A stretch of 57,413 nucleotides of DNA from an uncultured Desulfurococcales archaeon (GCA_964448055.1 CAYUVB010000001.1:45436-102848); one strand, 5' to 3'. Positions 36,466 through 46,422 are shown, counted from the stretch's first letter. The notes: a model not told the origin generated them from the letters alone. Program-made: numbers and translations.

Positions 36466-36813
36466 TTGGGAAATACCATGGGTAAGGTTAGATCGGCGCC
36501 TATAGTAGTTTTAGTCACAACACCTAATAGAGAGGTTGCTGAGAGGATAGCTAGAAGACTAGTAGAAGCTAGATTAGCAGCATGTATAAACATTGTTGAC
36601 GGTATTAAAAGTACGTATTGGTGGAAGGGTAAAATTGAGGAAGATAATGAGGTTCTAATGATAATAAAGACCAGGTTAGATCTATTTAATGAACTAGTAG
36701 AAGAAGTGAAGAAGAACCATGTTTATGAGGTCCCAGAAGTAATAGCTTTGCCTATAATCATCGGATATCGTGATTACATTGATTGGTTAGAGGAAGAAAC
36801 CAAGAGTCAGTAA
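36466..36813 (+). CDS. cutA: divalent-cation tolerance protein CutA
   Basis: VVLVTTPNREVAERIARRLVEARLAACINIV...STYWWKGKIEEDNEVLMIIKT...YEVPEVIALPI. The ATG at 36478 is the probable start. Confidence 0.85.
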   Translation: MGNTMGKVRSAPIVVLVTTPNREVAERIARRLVEARLAACINIVDGIKSTYWWKGKIEEDNEVLMIIKTRLDLFNELVEEVKKNHVYEVPEVIALPIIIGYRDYIDWLEEETKSQ

Positions 36814-36880
36814 TGGGACCTTTCATCATGTAAATCCTTTTTACCTAGGCTTCCTCAGCCTGTAGGCGCTTCATCAACCT
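36803..36880 (-). ncRNA. C/D box guide sRNA
   Basis: Minus strand: UUGAUGA (C, 36877-36871), a 12-nt guide AGCGCCUACAGG, then CUGA (D', 36858-36855). A 25-nt spacer follows. Then come AUGAUGA (C', 36829-36823), a 12-nt guide AAGGUCCCAUUA and CUGA (D, 36810-36807). All four boxes are canonical at the core, and both guides are exactly 12 nt. Confidence 0.6.
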
Positions 36881-36894
36881 TTATGTGATATCTG

Positions 36895-37140
36895 TTATTC
36901 TACAAGTTCATATACTTTGAATTTAACGTCTTTATATCTAAATGAACAAATATTAGAAAGAGGACATGTACTACAAGAACATTGTTCTTCAACAACTCTT
37001 ATCTTTCCCTGAGATAGCAATATGCCTATAATTGCTTCAACTTCTCTCTTATCCATACCAAGTACTTGGGCAAGCACATCTGGTGTGAATACACGTATCT
37101 TACGTACAGTCCTGAGTAGTTTTTCTATGGAGTTACTCAA
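36895..37140 (-). CDS. FeoC-like winged-helix protein with Cys cluster
   Basis: 81 aa directly downstream of feoB. The wHTH segment is PDVLAQVLGMDKREVEAIIGILLSQGKI and the Cys cluster is CSCSTCPLSNIC. Confidence 0.55.
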   Translation of the reverse strand: MSNSIEKLLRTVRKIRVFTPDVLAQVLGMDKREVEAIIGILLSQGKIRVVEEQCSCSTCPLSNICSFRYKDVKFKVYELVE

Positions 37141-37160
37141 TACCTAAGACACCGGAAGCC

Positions 37161-39314
37161 CTATGCTATAATTAATAGTAGATAGTATATTACTGTTGAA
37201 AGTATAGTTGCTAGTACTAACATGTATACTACTGCTATGATCGTTAGCTTCAAGTTCTTTAATTCTTGATACATTACAGCTATTGTTGCAAGACATGGAA
37301 CGTATAATGTCATGTATGCTAGTATTGCTATTGCCTGGTGAATAGATATGCCTAAGCCTAGTAATGCTTCATCGACACCTTCAGCTCCTTCAAGTAATGT
37401 TATTGCTTCAATTAAAGCTTCCTTAGCTATAAATCCATGTATTAAAGCAAAACTCACCTTCCATGCAGATTCGTCATTTAGACCCCATAGAGCCTTGAAT
37501 ATAGGGGCAAGACTATGGCCTAGAATTGCGCCATAACTTTTGGTAGGATCTTCTGCTAGGCCTTGAGGACCATAAGTTAGTAGTAGCCATGTGATAATAC
37601 TTAATAGAAATATTATTATGCCTGCTTTCTTTAAGAAGTGTTTACTGTAATCCCATGTAATCCACCATACGACTTTAGCGCTAGGCTTATGCAAAGGTGG
37701 TATTTCTATAATGAACTCTGGGGCTTCTTTCCTCTTAAACAGAGCTTTCCTAGCTACTAGCGATGTTATTAAGAATACCAGTATACCAAGTACATATAGC
37801 CCTGCAATTAGTAGTGCTTGATTTAATGGTGATTTGAAGAAGGCTGTAGCAAATGCTAGTATTACTACTAGTCTTGCTTGGCAAGGGATGAAAGGTGTAC
37901 TCAGTATTATCTCTACGCGTTCCTCTTCTTCCGTTGCAGTACGACTTGCTAAGACTCCTGGAACATTGCATCCAAGACTTATTATCATTGGGAATATGGC
38001 TTTACCTGAAAGGCCAAAACTCGAGAAGAAATTATGAAATGATGTAGCCATTCTTGGCGCTAATCCTGAATCTTCTAGCATTGCTATAAATAATGATATG
38101 AGTATTATTAATGGTAGGAATGTTAGTACGCTACCTACGCCAGGTATTATTCCATCAGCTATGAGGCTTACAAGCCATTCAGGTGCATTGCTCTCCATAG
38201 CTGTTCTGGCAGCATCGGATAGCCATGAGAATAAGCTGTCAAGTAGACTGCTGAAACTAAATTCTTCAACTACTTCAGCTGCTTCTATAAACCCTAATTC
38301 AGATAATAATATGTTTAATGGAAAACCTGTATTTATGGCAAAGGCTAGGAAGAACACAGCGATCAGTACTGATAGACTGGTAATGGGCCCTATGATGGGG
38401 TGTTGAAATACTTTATCAATTAAGCTAGTAGTCATCGGTGCTTTATGTTCTACTCGTACAATTACGTCCCTCATAAGTTTCTCAGCATACTCGAATCTAA
38501 TAGTTATGGTTACGTCTTCAGGAGTTTTGCCGACACCCTTCGTTATCGCTTCACGTAGTTCATTTACCTTAGTGATTATGTATTCTTCGCCAGCTTTACG
38601 TAATAATTCTTCAAGTCTATGATCACCTTCAAGAAGTCTTATGGATGCCCATCGCGGATTATAGTTTCTTAACGCTTTACTCTTCCTAACTAATGGTTCT
38701 AGTTCAGCTATGTAGGGTTCTAATCCATCATAATCTATTCTTAGAGGGGTACTTCTTCCACGTTTTCCTTCAACAACATCTATTATTGCATCAAGTAGCT
38801 CACGTATACCAACACCATGAACAGCTGATACAGGTATAACTGGTACACCTAGTTTAGCTTCAAGCTTATCAACATGTATATGTATACCCATGCTATGTGC
38901 TAAGTCTATTTTGGTTAATGCTATTACGACTTTGGGCGTTAATTCTAGTATCTGAAGTGCTAGATATATGGTTCTTTCAGGTGCAGTAGAGTCTACTAGA
39001 ACCAATACTAGGTCAGCTTCGCCGCCAACTATGTATTCTCGTGCAATTACTTCGTCAATACTAGAAGCAGTTATACCATACGTTCCAGGTAAATCAACGA
39101 AGCAGATCTTTTTATTACGATGAATAATGTCTCCAACCTTTAATTCAACAGTTACACCTGGCCAATTGGCTACATGTGCTGTTTCACCAGTTAGTACGTT
39201 AAATAGAGTCGACTTACCAACATTAGGATTACCGGCTACAGCTACGACAATGTTGCATTTACGTTGTTCTCTTATGCCTAGACGGCTCCAGTCTTTGTTC
39301 AAAACTGTAATCAC
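37161..39314 (-). CDS. feoB: ferrous iron transporter FeoB
   Basis: N-terminal G domain (VAVAGNPNVGKSTLFNVLTG, DLPGTY, TKIDL) followed by a large polytopic permease domain. GTG start. Confidence 0.92.
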   Translation of the reverse strand: MITVLNKDWSRLGIREQRKCNIVVAVAGNPNVGKSTLFNVLTGETAHVANWPGVTVELKVGDIIHRNKKICFVDLPGTYGITASSIDEVIAREYIVGGEADLVLVLVDSTAPERTIYLALQILELTPKVVIALTKIDLAHSMGIHIHVDKLEAKLGVPVIPVSAVHGVGIRELLDAIIDVVEGKRGRSTPLRIDYDGLEPYIAELEPLVRKSKALRNYNPRWASIRLLEGDHRLEELLRKAGEEYIITKVNELREAITKGVGKTPEDVTITIRFEYAEKLMRDVIVRVEHKAPMTTSLIDKVFQHPIIGPITSLSVLIAVFFLAFAINTGFPLNILLSELGFIEAAEVVEEFSFSSLLDSLFSWLSDAARTAMESNAPEWLVSLIADGIIPGVGSVLTFLPLIILISLFIAMLEDSGLAPRMATSFHNFFSSFGLSGKAIFPMIISLGCNVPGVLASRTATEEEERVEIILSTPFIPCQARLVVILAFATAFFKSPLNQALLIAGLYVLGILVFLITSLVARKALFKRKEAPEFIIEIPPLHKPSAKVVWWITWDYSKHFLKKAGIIIFLLSIITWLLLTYGPQGLAEDPTKSYGAILGHSLAPIFKALWGLNDESAWKVSFALIHGFIAKEALIEAITLLEGAEGVDEALLGLGISIHQAIAILAYMTLYVPCLATIAVMYQELKNLKLTIIAVVYMLVLATILSTVIYYLLLIIA

Positions 39315-39322
39315 CTAAGCAT

Positions 39323-39340
39323 ATTTAGATTAGTCTAAAT
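39323..39340. promoter_or_regulatory. candidate DtxR-family operator (iron box) in the divergent feoB / dtxR-like promoter
   Basis: Inverted repeat ATTTAGA-TTAG-TCTAAAT. The core TTAGATTAGTCTAAAT resembles the DtxR box TTAGGTTAGCCTAACC. It lies between a TTTTTAAAC TATA-like element (39342-39350) and the feoB GTG. Confidence 0.5.
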
Positions 39341-39369
39341 CTTTTTAAACAGTTTTATCTTATTACAAT

Positions 39370-40080
39370 GTGAGGCTAGAGTCCATGTTAACGCAGTCAA
39401 AGAACTCATTAAAGAGTGGTGAAGTAACTTCAGCTGTTGAGGATTATCTTGTAACAATTTATAGACTCGAAGAAGCCTTTGGGATAGCACGTACTACTAT
39501 TATAGCTAAGGAATTGAATGTAAAGCCAGGTACTGTTTCAAAGATTATATCCAAGCTAGAGTTGAAGGGACTTGTAGAAAGAACAAAGTATCGTGGTGTT
39601 AAGCTAACTAAGGAAGGACGAAAGATAGCTGAGAAAATAGTTTGGAAACATCGTATAATAGAACGATTTCTATACGATTACGTAGGTTTGGATCCAATAA
39701 AAGCTCATGATTATGCACATCTAATGGAGCATTTACCAGATGAAATAATAGAGAGAATCTATGATAAACTTGGAAGACCACCAACATGTCCCCTAGGTAA
39801 TCCTATTCCAGGATCACCTTTACCCCAAGAATTAAGGGTAGCTAAACCTTTAACAGAAGCAGATTTAGCATCTTGTGTGAAGGTTGTAAGAATAGCAGGT
39901 GTACTTAAGGAGGGATTGAAAGTATTACTGGACTTAGGACTCATGATAGGCGTTATATTAAATATAGTCTATGTAAGTAATAGCCATGTAGTCGTAGATA
40001 TTATGGATAAAAATAAAATAGTAGAGATACCATCAAAGTATGCACGTATGGTCTATGTAGTTGAAAATGATAATTGTTAG
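39370..40080 (+). CDS. DtxR/MntR-family metal-dependent transcriptional repressor with C-terminal FeoA/SH3-like domain
   Basis: VEDYLVTIYRLEE, the wHTH TIIAKELNVKPGTVSKIISKLELKGLVER, and the metal/dimerisation helix KIVWKHRIIERFL. The ATG at 39385 is a possible start. Confidence 0.85.
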   Translation: MRLESMLTQSKNSLKSGEVTSAVEDYLVTIYRLEEAFGIARTTIIAKELNVKPGTVSKIISKLELKGLVERTKYRGVKLTKEGRKIAEKIVWKHRIIERFLYDYVGLDPIKAHDYAHLMEHLPDEIIERIYDKLGRPPTCPLGNPIPGSPLPQELRVAKPLTEADLASCVKVVRIAGVLKEGLKVLLDLGLMIGVILNIVYVSNSHVVVDIMDKNKIVEIPSKYARMVYVVENDNC

Positions 40081-40098
40081 CCTATAGGTGATGCGAGT

Positions 40099-40338
40099 AT
40101 GCAAGGACTTCCTAGGACTACGCGACTGGTATTCTTACCACCAGGTTCACGAGCAAGAGTGATAAGTATTGATAGTGGTTATGGGCTTAGAACAAGGCTC
40201 CTACAAATGGGGCTTACACCAGGAGCCATAGTGGAAATAGTTGATAATACGCGTGGCCCAGTAATAGTAAGAGTACGTGGTGTAACTATAGCGCTTGGAA
40301 GAGGTATGGCAGCACGTATAATAGTTGAACCATTATGA
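40099..40338 (+). CDS. feoA: FeoA-domain protein
   Basis: 79-aa SH3-like protein with LQMGLTPGAIVEIV...GPVIVRVRGVTIALGRGMA. Confidence 0.8.
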   Translation: MQGLPRTTRLVFLPPGSRARVISIDSGYGLRTRLLQMGLTPGAIVEIVDNTRGPVIVRVRGVTIALGRGMAARIIVEPL

Positions 40339-40345
40339 CCTTATT

Positions 40346-41155
40346 TTAAGCTGATAGGAATCCTCCGTCAACAGGTATTATTGCTCCATGGACATAGCTT
40401 GCGAGATCTGATGCAAGGACAAGTACTATTCTGGCAACTTCATCTGGTTCTCCAAGCCTACCTAGTGGAAGTCTATTCATAAAGTCTACTCCAGTTTTAA
40501 TAATGTCTATCTTAAGCTTTAGTAATGCTTCTCTTCTAAGCTTCTCTACGCCAGGAGTCTTAATACCTCCAGGAACTATAGCGTTAATTCTAAAGCCTTG
40601 CTTACCGTACTCTCTTGCTAAAGCACGTGTGAGGGCTATAACACCCATCTTGCTTACATCATAGTGTACTAGCCCTTTAGCAAAGGGTAGTATGGCTTCA
40701 ATAGAACCAATATTAATTATAACACCACCTTTCTTAAGTCTACGCTTAATCATGTACTGGCACATCCAGAAAACAGCCTTAAGGTTAACAGCTAATGTTT
40801 TTTCAAGCAGTGGTTCATCTACTTCGATGAAATCCTTGAACGAGTATACGCCAGCATTATTTACAAGAATATCAGGCTCGCGCCCACGAATATTGTTCCA
40901 TAATCTATCTATCTCTTCCCTCTTAGACAAGTCCACTTTGAACAATTCTACATCAACATTAAATAACTCCTTAACCTTATCGCCAACCCTTCTAAGTCCA
41001 TCAGAGTCTATGTCAACTAGATACAAATTAGAACCAGCTTCAGCAAATCGCAATGCTATTGCCTCACCTATGCCGGAGGCCGCGCCGGTTATAAGAGAGA
41101 CCTTATTTTTCAGAGATAAAAGCTCCATGAGAGATTTAGGCAAAGGTACTATCAC
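40346..41155 (-). CDS. short-chain dehydrogenase/reductase (SDR)
   Basis: TGAASGIGEAIA cofactor motif, NNAG, and catalytic YDVSK. Confidence 0.85.
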   Translation of the reverse strand: MIVPLPKSLMELLSLKNKVSLITGAASGIGEAIALRFAEAGSNLYLVDIDSDGLRRVGDKVKELFNVDVELFKVDLSKREEIDRLWNNIRGREPDILVNNAGVYSFKDFIEVDEPLLEKTLAVNLKAVFWMCQYMIKRRLKKGGVIINIGSIEAILPFAKGLVHYDVSKMGVIALTRALAREYGKQGFRINAIVPGGIKTPGVEKLRREALLKLKIDIIKTGVDFMNRLPLGRLGEPDEVARIVLVLASDLASYVHGAIIPVDGGFLSA

Positions 41156-41333
41156 CTCTAAGGCTTAGAACAAATTTCTGTAGATATATCTGAAGACACA
41201 GACTTATATATCCTTGATATTATCCCTTAGATAAAACATTACTCTATTCTATGGTTAGGGTACGTTTAACTAACTTTTTAAGTACTGGGTATAGTAGTAT
41301 GGGTTTAGAAGATAATAGCTTAGGGTTAAGACT

Positions 41334-42329
41334 ATGGGCTTTAAGTCAAAGCTATTTACCTCTATGACACTTACACTAATATTATTTATAGGGTTAACTA
41401 GCTTAGCCTTAGCAGTTATACTTAGCTTACTTGGAGTTGATCTCCTAGGTATTGCCTTGATAATAGTATCGGTTAACTTGTTTGAATGGATGATTGCACC
41501 ATATGTTATAGAAGCAATATACCATGTAAGACCACTGCAACCTAACGAGTATCCATGGCTACATAGAATTATACGAGAGTTGTCTAGGAGGATGGGTGTA
41601 AAAACACCTAAGCTAATGTTAGCTGAAATAAATGTACCTAATGCCTTCGCCTATGGGTCACCTTTAAGTGGTCCTAGAGTAGCTGTAACCAAAGGGCTAG
41701 TAGAGAATCTTACTAAGGAGGAAATTGAAGCAGTATTGGGTCACGAGCTAGGGCATCTTAAACACCATGATGTAGGCATAATGATGTTCTTATCACTTAT
41801 ACCATCAATGTTCTTCTTGATTGCAAGGTATGCTATGTTCGCATCACTCTTCGGTGGAATGGATCGTAGGGATAGAGGTGGAGGAATAGTAGCGTTAATA
41901 CTAATCGCTGGTATAAGCTACCTCATATACTTTGCACTAATACTCTTACTCTTAAGGCATAGTAGGCTAAGAGAACTCTATGCCGACTATGAATCAGCTG
42001 TAAATATACCATTGGGTGCCCGTAAACTTGCAGCAGCATTGGCAAAAATAGCTTTGGTTACGGGTAGGTTGGGTAAAATTGCTGAAAGAGAACTAGCTAG
42101 AGCTAGCGCTTTTAAAGCTCTATTAATAGCTGATCCAGAATCATATAATCTTAAAGGAATTGGATGGAGTAGAAGCTGGGAAGAAGACTATATGTTAGCT
42201 GTTAAGCTAGCCTCGGAAAAAGTGAGGGAAGTAGCCTTATTCTCAACGCATCCACCGTTAAGGGAAAGGTTGCGTAGATTAATAGAGCTTGACAAAGAGC
42301 TTTCAAGTAAACCTGATTATTATAGATGA
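41334..42329 (+). CDS. htpX: HtpX-like M48 zinc metalloprotease
   Basis: HELGHLKHHD zinc motif and four TMs. The C-terminal STHPPLRERL is typical of HtpX. Confidence 0.85.
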   Translation: MGFKSKLFTSMTLTLILFIGLTSLALAVILSLLGVDLLGIALIIVSVNLFEWMIAPYVIEAIYHVRPLQPNEYPWLHRIIRELSRRMGVKTPKLMLAEINVPNAFAYGSPLSGPRVAVTKGLVENLTKEEIEAVLGHELGHLKHHDVGIMMFLSLIPSMFFLIARYAMFASLFGGMDRRDRGGGIVALILIAGISYLIYFALILLLLRHSRLRELYADYESAVNIPLGARKLAAALAKIALVTGRLGKIAERELARASAFKALLIADPESYNLKGIGWSRSWEEDYMLAVKLASEKVREVALFSTHPPLRERLRRLIELDKELSSKPDYYR

Positions 42330-42375
42330 ACTTTTAAACTATATTGAAGTGGTTTAGAAGCGGGAATGATAGGGT

Positions 42376-43137
42376 ATGTCTTCAACTAAGATATACTTCC
42401 GTAAGCCAGTAGACTTAAGGGAATACATCGTTATCTCGGGCTTTCCCGGTATGGCTTTAGTAGGCAAGGTGTCAGTAGATTTTCTCGTAGATGCATTGAA
42501 TGCCTCTCCTGTAGCTGAGATCTATAGTTATGGTTCACCATCATATATAACAGTTGAAGATGGGTTAGGCGAGTTACCTGTAGCAAAACTATACGTGGTT
42601 AAAGATAAAAGAATAGCAATATTAACGGGGAACTATCAACCTTTAACAAGCGAGTTACAGCATGAATTTGCTGATAAGGTTGTTAGCGAATTAGCTTCAA
42701 GGGGCGTTTCAAGAATTATAACCATGGCGGCATATGTAACGGAGGTAATCAGTGGTGAAAGGAAAGCTTACATAGCATCAAATGATGAGAGACTTCTACG
42801 TGAGCTAGTAGAGAATGGTGGTATCCCTATGAGTGAAGGAGGTGTAACGGGGCTTAATGGACTAATAGTTGGATGGGCTAAGGTATATGGTATACCAGCA
42901 GCATGCGTTATGGGTGAAACAACAACAGCCTACGCAGAGTCAACACTAGCTGATTACCGTGCAGCAAAAACCGCGTTAAAAGTAGTATTAGGGTTACTTA
43001 AACTAGATATCGATTTATCTGAGCTAGATGTAAAAGCCAAGGAGGTAGAAGAAGAAGCTAAGAAGATAAGAGAAGAATTATTAAAGAAAATGTTCACGTT
43101 CGCTGAGAAAACAGGTAGACCAACTACATATCTATAA
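42376..43137 (+). CDS. PAC2-family proteasome assembly chaperone-like protein
   Basis: The N-terminal YIVISGFPGMALVGKVSVDFLV pattern is characteristic of archaeal PAC2 proteins. The C-terminus is coiled-coil. Confidence 0.7.
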   Translation: MSSTKIYFRKPVDLREYIVISGFPGMALVGKVSVDFLVDALNASPVAEIYSYGSPSYITVEDGLGELPVAKLYVVKDKRIAILTGNYQPLTSELQHEFADKVVSELASRGVSRIITMAAYVTEVISGERKAYIASNDERLLRELVENGGIPMSEGGVTGLNGLIVGWAKVYGIPAACVMGETTTAYAESTLADYRAAKTALKVVLGLLKLDIDLSELDVKAKEVEEEAKKIREELLKKMFTFAEKTGRPTTYL

Positions 43138-43176
43138 CGAGCATAATGAAGTACTTCTTAGTAACAGTGTTCAGCC

Positions 43177-43590
43177 TTAAAAACAATATTGTGGTAACGC
43201 ATCCTTTTTCAAGCTTACAAGAATTCTAACTAAATCACCATCTTTTAAGCCAAACAATTTTCTAAGATTCTCCTTAGCTATAATTTCAATAACATTAAGG
43301 CTGTAAATAGTCTTCTCTGGACGTATGATGTAAACCTTAGTACACTTTATGAACCCGGGCCAAGCATAAACTCTACCATAACCCTTTATAGGAGGTTCTA
43401 TTATATATACAGGTTTACTTAGTAATTCTTTAATTATCTGAGTACTATTAGGTTCTAAGCGTATGTTTAATGTTCCAGGGAAGGGTCTAAGACCCAAAAC
43501 ACGTTGTATATTCTTAGAATAGAGGTTAACATAGAATTCTCCTTCACCCTTACCACTAAAAACGGTACCCAATACCTCAATGAAATCCAT
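43177..43590 (-). CDS. ribK: archaeal CTP-dependent riboflavin kinase
   Basis: GTVFSGKGEGEFYV...LGLRPFPGTLNIRL, as in MJ0056-type RibK. 137 aa, kinase domain only. Confidence 0.75.
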   Translation of the reverse strand: MDFIEVLGTVFSGKGEGEFYVNLYSKNIQRVLGLRPFPGTLNIRLEPNSTQIIKELLSKPVYIIEPPIKGYGRVYAWPGFIKCTKVYIIRPEKTIYSLNVIEIIAKENLRKLFGLKDGDLVRILVSLKKDALPQYCF

Positions 43591-43742
43591 AGTGATGGTT
43601 TTTCACCTCAATAGTTATCTTAAGCTTTAGTCGCAAACCCCTAATTACTGAAACACAGCCAGTGTGGAAAGCATGTAAGTATAGGTAAAAGAATATTATA
43701 CTTCCCTACTAACATAAACATACGTAGGGTGACTTAGTCGAT

Positions 43743-44684
43743 TTGAAAACAGTATCGATATCTCATGGCGATATCGATGGAGTGGTTTCAGCAGCTCTTA
43801 TAGCGAGGTATACTGATAATGTAGCAGTTAGATTATCAGCTACGTCGGCTTTACCGAAGGTTATAGAGAGCGCTATGTTTGATATAGTTGTTAGAGGAGC
43901 AGATACAATAATAATCAGTGATCTCAATCCTAGCGAAAGTAATCATAAAAGGATAAGGGATATACTTAACCAATACGTAATGGCAGGTATTAGAGTCATA
44001 TGGTTAGATCATCATGAATGGCCTGAAGGAATAATGGATGAATACCGCGGACTAGGTGTTGAGGTAATAGTGGATGAGACTAGAGTAGCAGCAGAAATAG
44101 TACTAGAATACTTATCTAATAAGATCAAGAATATACTTGAGGATAGATTTGCTCAAGCATTAGTAGACCTAGCTGTAGATGACGATAAGTTCCTTAATAA
44201 GAATCCGCTAACATTAAGATGGCGAAGACTACTTAGATGGTATGATTGGGAATTTCGTCGTAAAACTGTTAGAGCATTCGCAGCAGGAGATCTATGGCCT
44301 TTATGGGCTCAAGAGGCCTATGATAAAATTAAAGATGAGTATGACTATCTTCTTGAAAAGACTATTGAGAATACTCGTATAGTAGATGTCAAGGGATACA
44401 AAATAGTGATAGTACCTCCTCCATCAGATAAGGTCCATCCTGGAGACATACAATTAGAACTTAACCGTAAAGGTATACATGGTGACATCTTCGTAATAAT
44501 ATATAGTAGAGGAATAAGTCTTAGAAGCGAGAAAGTAAATGTAGCAGGTATAGCTAGAGCCTTGGGTGGTGGAGGCCATACATATTCTGCTGGAGCACCA
44601 ATAGATAATGCTGATGTGAATTCAATAATAGAAGTTATTTCAAGATATCTTGAGCCCTTAAAACCTTCTCAAATAAGTCAGTAG
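43743..44684 (+). CDS. DHH/DHHA1-family phosphoesterase
   Basis: Motif I SHGDIDG, motif III WLDHHEW and the DHHA1 motif GGGGHTYSAGA. TTG start. Confidence 0.75.
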   Translation: MKTVSISHGDIDGVVSAALIARYTDNVAVRLSATSALPKVIESAMFDIVVRGADTIIISDLNPSESNHKRIRDILNQYVMAGIRVIWLDHHEWPEGIMDEYRGLGVEVIVDETRVAAEIVLEYLSNKIKNILEDRFAQALVDLAVDDDKFLNKNPLTLRWRRLLRWYDWEFRRKTVRAFAAGDLWPLWAQEAYDKIKDEYDYLLEKTIENTRIVDVKGYKIVIVPPPSDKVHPGDIQLELNRKGIHGDIFVIIYSRGISLRSEKVNVAGIARALGGGGHTYSAGAPIDNADVNSIIEVISRYLEPLKPSQISQ

Positions 44685-46422
44685 TTGAGTAAATTATCTC
44701 TCTAAACCTAATTTTTAATAATTTAAGCCATCTACGATCACTATATCTTTTATCAGCTAACACTATGATAACGTTGTCTCCATCCTTACGAATAGATCTA
44801 CCAATAGCTTGTCTGATAGTTATAGATGTTATCCTCATTAAAGCATCATAGTAGCTTACTTTGAGTTTTTCAGCGAGTATACTTACCCTCTTACGGGTAT
44901 AATCATCGGGTTGAGGAAACGGTATGCCAGCAATAACAACAATATCTACTAAACTATGTCCGTTTTCATCCACGAATTCTACTCCTTCACTAAGTTTACC
45001 TGAGGCTACAGCTACTATAACACCTCTATCTCTTCGTGCAAATTCTACTGCTTCAGCAAGAATAGTATCCCTTTCTTCAACAAATAGTGGAATGCTACCA
45101 CTAATTCTAGATGTGATATTTCTTGCCTCAGTATAACTCGTAGTTATAACTAATACATTTTTCCTTGACAACTTATGTGCTTTCTCAATTAACTTCGCAT
45201 ACTTAGACCACATTTCCTCTCCACGATAATCCCATTTACTAGTAACATCCCATACGATGACCCAAAATCTACGGCTATTAGGGAAAACGGGTCCGTACTC
45301 TAATTCAACATCTATATAATCATAATCACCACTGATACCCCATGAGCTACAAATATACTCTACATCCGGTAAAGTACCACTCATGAATATAAGTCTTTTA
45401 GGAATAGATAATACATTTGTGAGAATACTAGGATCAAGAGGTTTAACTACCAAGAGCTTTACATTACCTTGAATTGAACGATATACGTGGAATCCTGGAA
45501 GCGTAACATGATACAAGAACTCATATACACGTTTAACCCAATTAGCTTCAACAACATACTCTAACATTATATGTTGGGCTACATCACTAGCAGCTTCGCC
45601 GAGCAGCTCTAGCTCATCCTCACCAAGCCTTAATGGTAGTCTTACCTCCTCATACCATTCCCTACTAGCACCATCAACTATGTCGACTATACTATCTCTA
45701 ATGTTTTTCAATAATTCTACAACATTTTTCCTGATTGAATCACTTACACGTTTTTCAGCTTGCCTTATAGCTTGTTCTATGATTCCACGGGTAATCTTTT
45801 TCTCATACATATCTGGGATCTTATCAATGTTATGTGCTTCATCTATTACTAACACACTATCACTTAGTATATCAGCTATGGTTGGTTCACGTACACTAGG
45901 ATCAAATATATAGGGGTATGAAACAACTATCACGTGAGCTTCGCTTATTAATTGACGGAGAGAATGATAAGTACATATTGGTGGAGTACTACTATTGAGC
46001 TTAAATACAGCAAGTAGGACATCATCAGCTTCACTTAAAGCTCTTATAACCCTTGAGGTACTAATACTGTTTCTTAATGGACATTTTTGGCAATCAATAT
46101 CTATACTCTCAATACCATCCCTCCCAGAGTATAGAGGGCAAGCATCTTTCTTAGCGATAAGGAATGTAGGTATTACATCCTTAAACCATCTCTTTAATTC
46201 CTTCAGATACATATCCATTTGTGATCTAGTTCTAACACTTACTATGAGCTTTAAGCCTTCTCTAAGAGCGTATTTTAGTCCAGCATAAAGGATCATAAGA
46301 GTCTTACCACTACCTGTAGGACTGTCAAGAAGTACAATTCTATTATTAATTAAATCCTCGTATACCCTATCAACAACGGGTTTCTGATATCTTCTCCAAA
46401 CAATACCTCCTTCGCCTAGCAA
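44635..46422 (-). CDS. xpd: XPD/Rad3-family 4Fe-4S DNA helicase
   Basis: Walker A DSPTGSGKT and DEAH box VIDEAHNI. Four Cys lie between motifs I and II (DACPLY, CQKCPL, PPICTYH). The C-terminal motif is QAIGRSIR. Confidence 0.85.
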   Translation of the reverse strand: MLGEGGIVWRRYQKPVVDRVYEDLINNRIVLLDSPTGSGKTLMILYAGLKYALREGLKLIVSVRTRSQMDMYLKELKRWFKDVIPTFLIAKKDACPLYSGRDGIESIDIDCQKCPLRNSISTSRVIRALSEADDVLLAVFKLNSSTPPICTYHSLRQLISEAHVIVVSYPYIFDPSVREPTIADILSDSVLVIDEAHNIDKIPDMYEKKITRGIIEQAIRQAEKRVSDSIRKNVVELLKNIRDSIVDIVDGASREWYEEVRLPLRLGEDELELLGEAASDVAQHIMLEYVVEANWVKRVYEFLYHVTLPGFHVYRSIQGNVKLLVVKPLDPSILTNVLSIPKRLIFMSGTLPDVEYICSSWGISGDYDYIDVELEYGPVFPNSRRFWVIVWDVTSKWDYRGEEMWSKYAKLIEKAHKLSRKNVLVITTSYTEARNITSRISGSIPLFVEERDTILAEAVEFARRDRGVIVAVASGKLSEGVEFVDENGHSLVDIVVIAGIPFPQPDDYTRKRVSILAEKLKVSYYDALMRITSITIRQAIGRSIRKDGDNVIIVLADKRYSDRRWLKLLKIRFREIIYSTTDLFEKVLRAQDILK

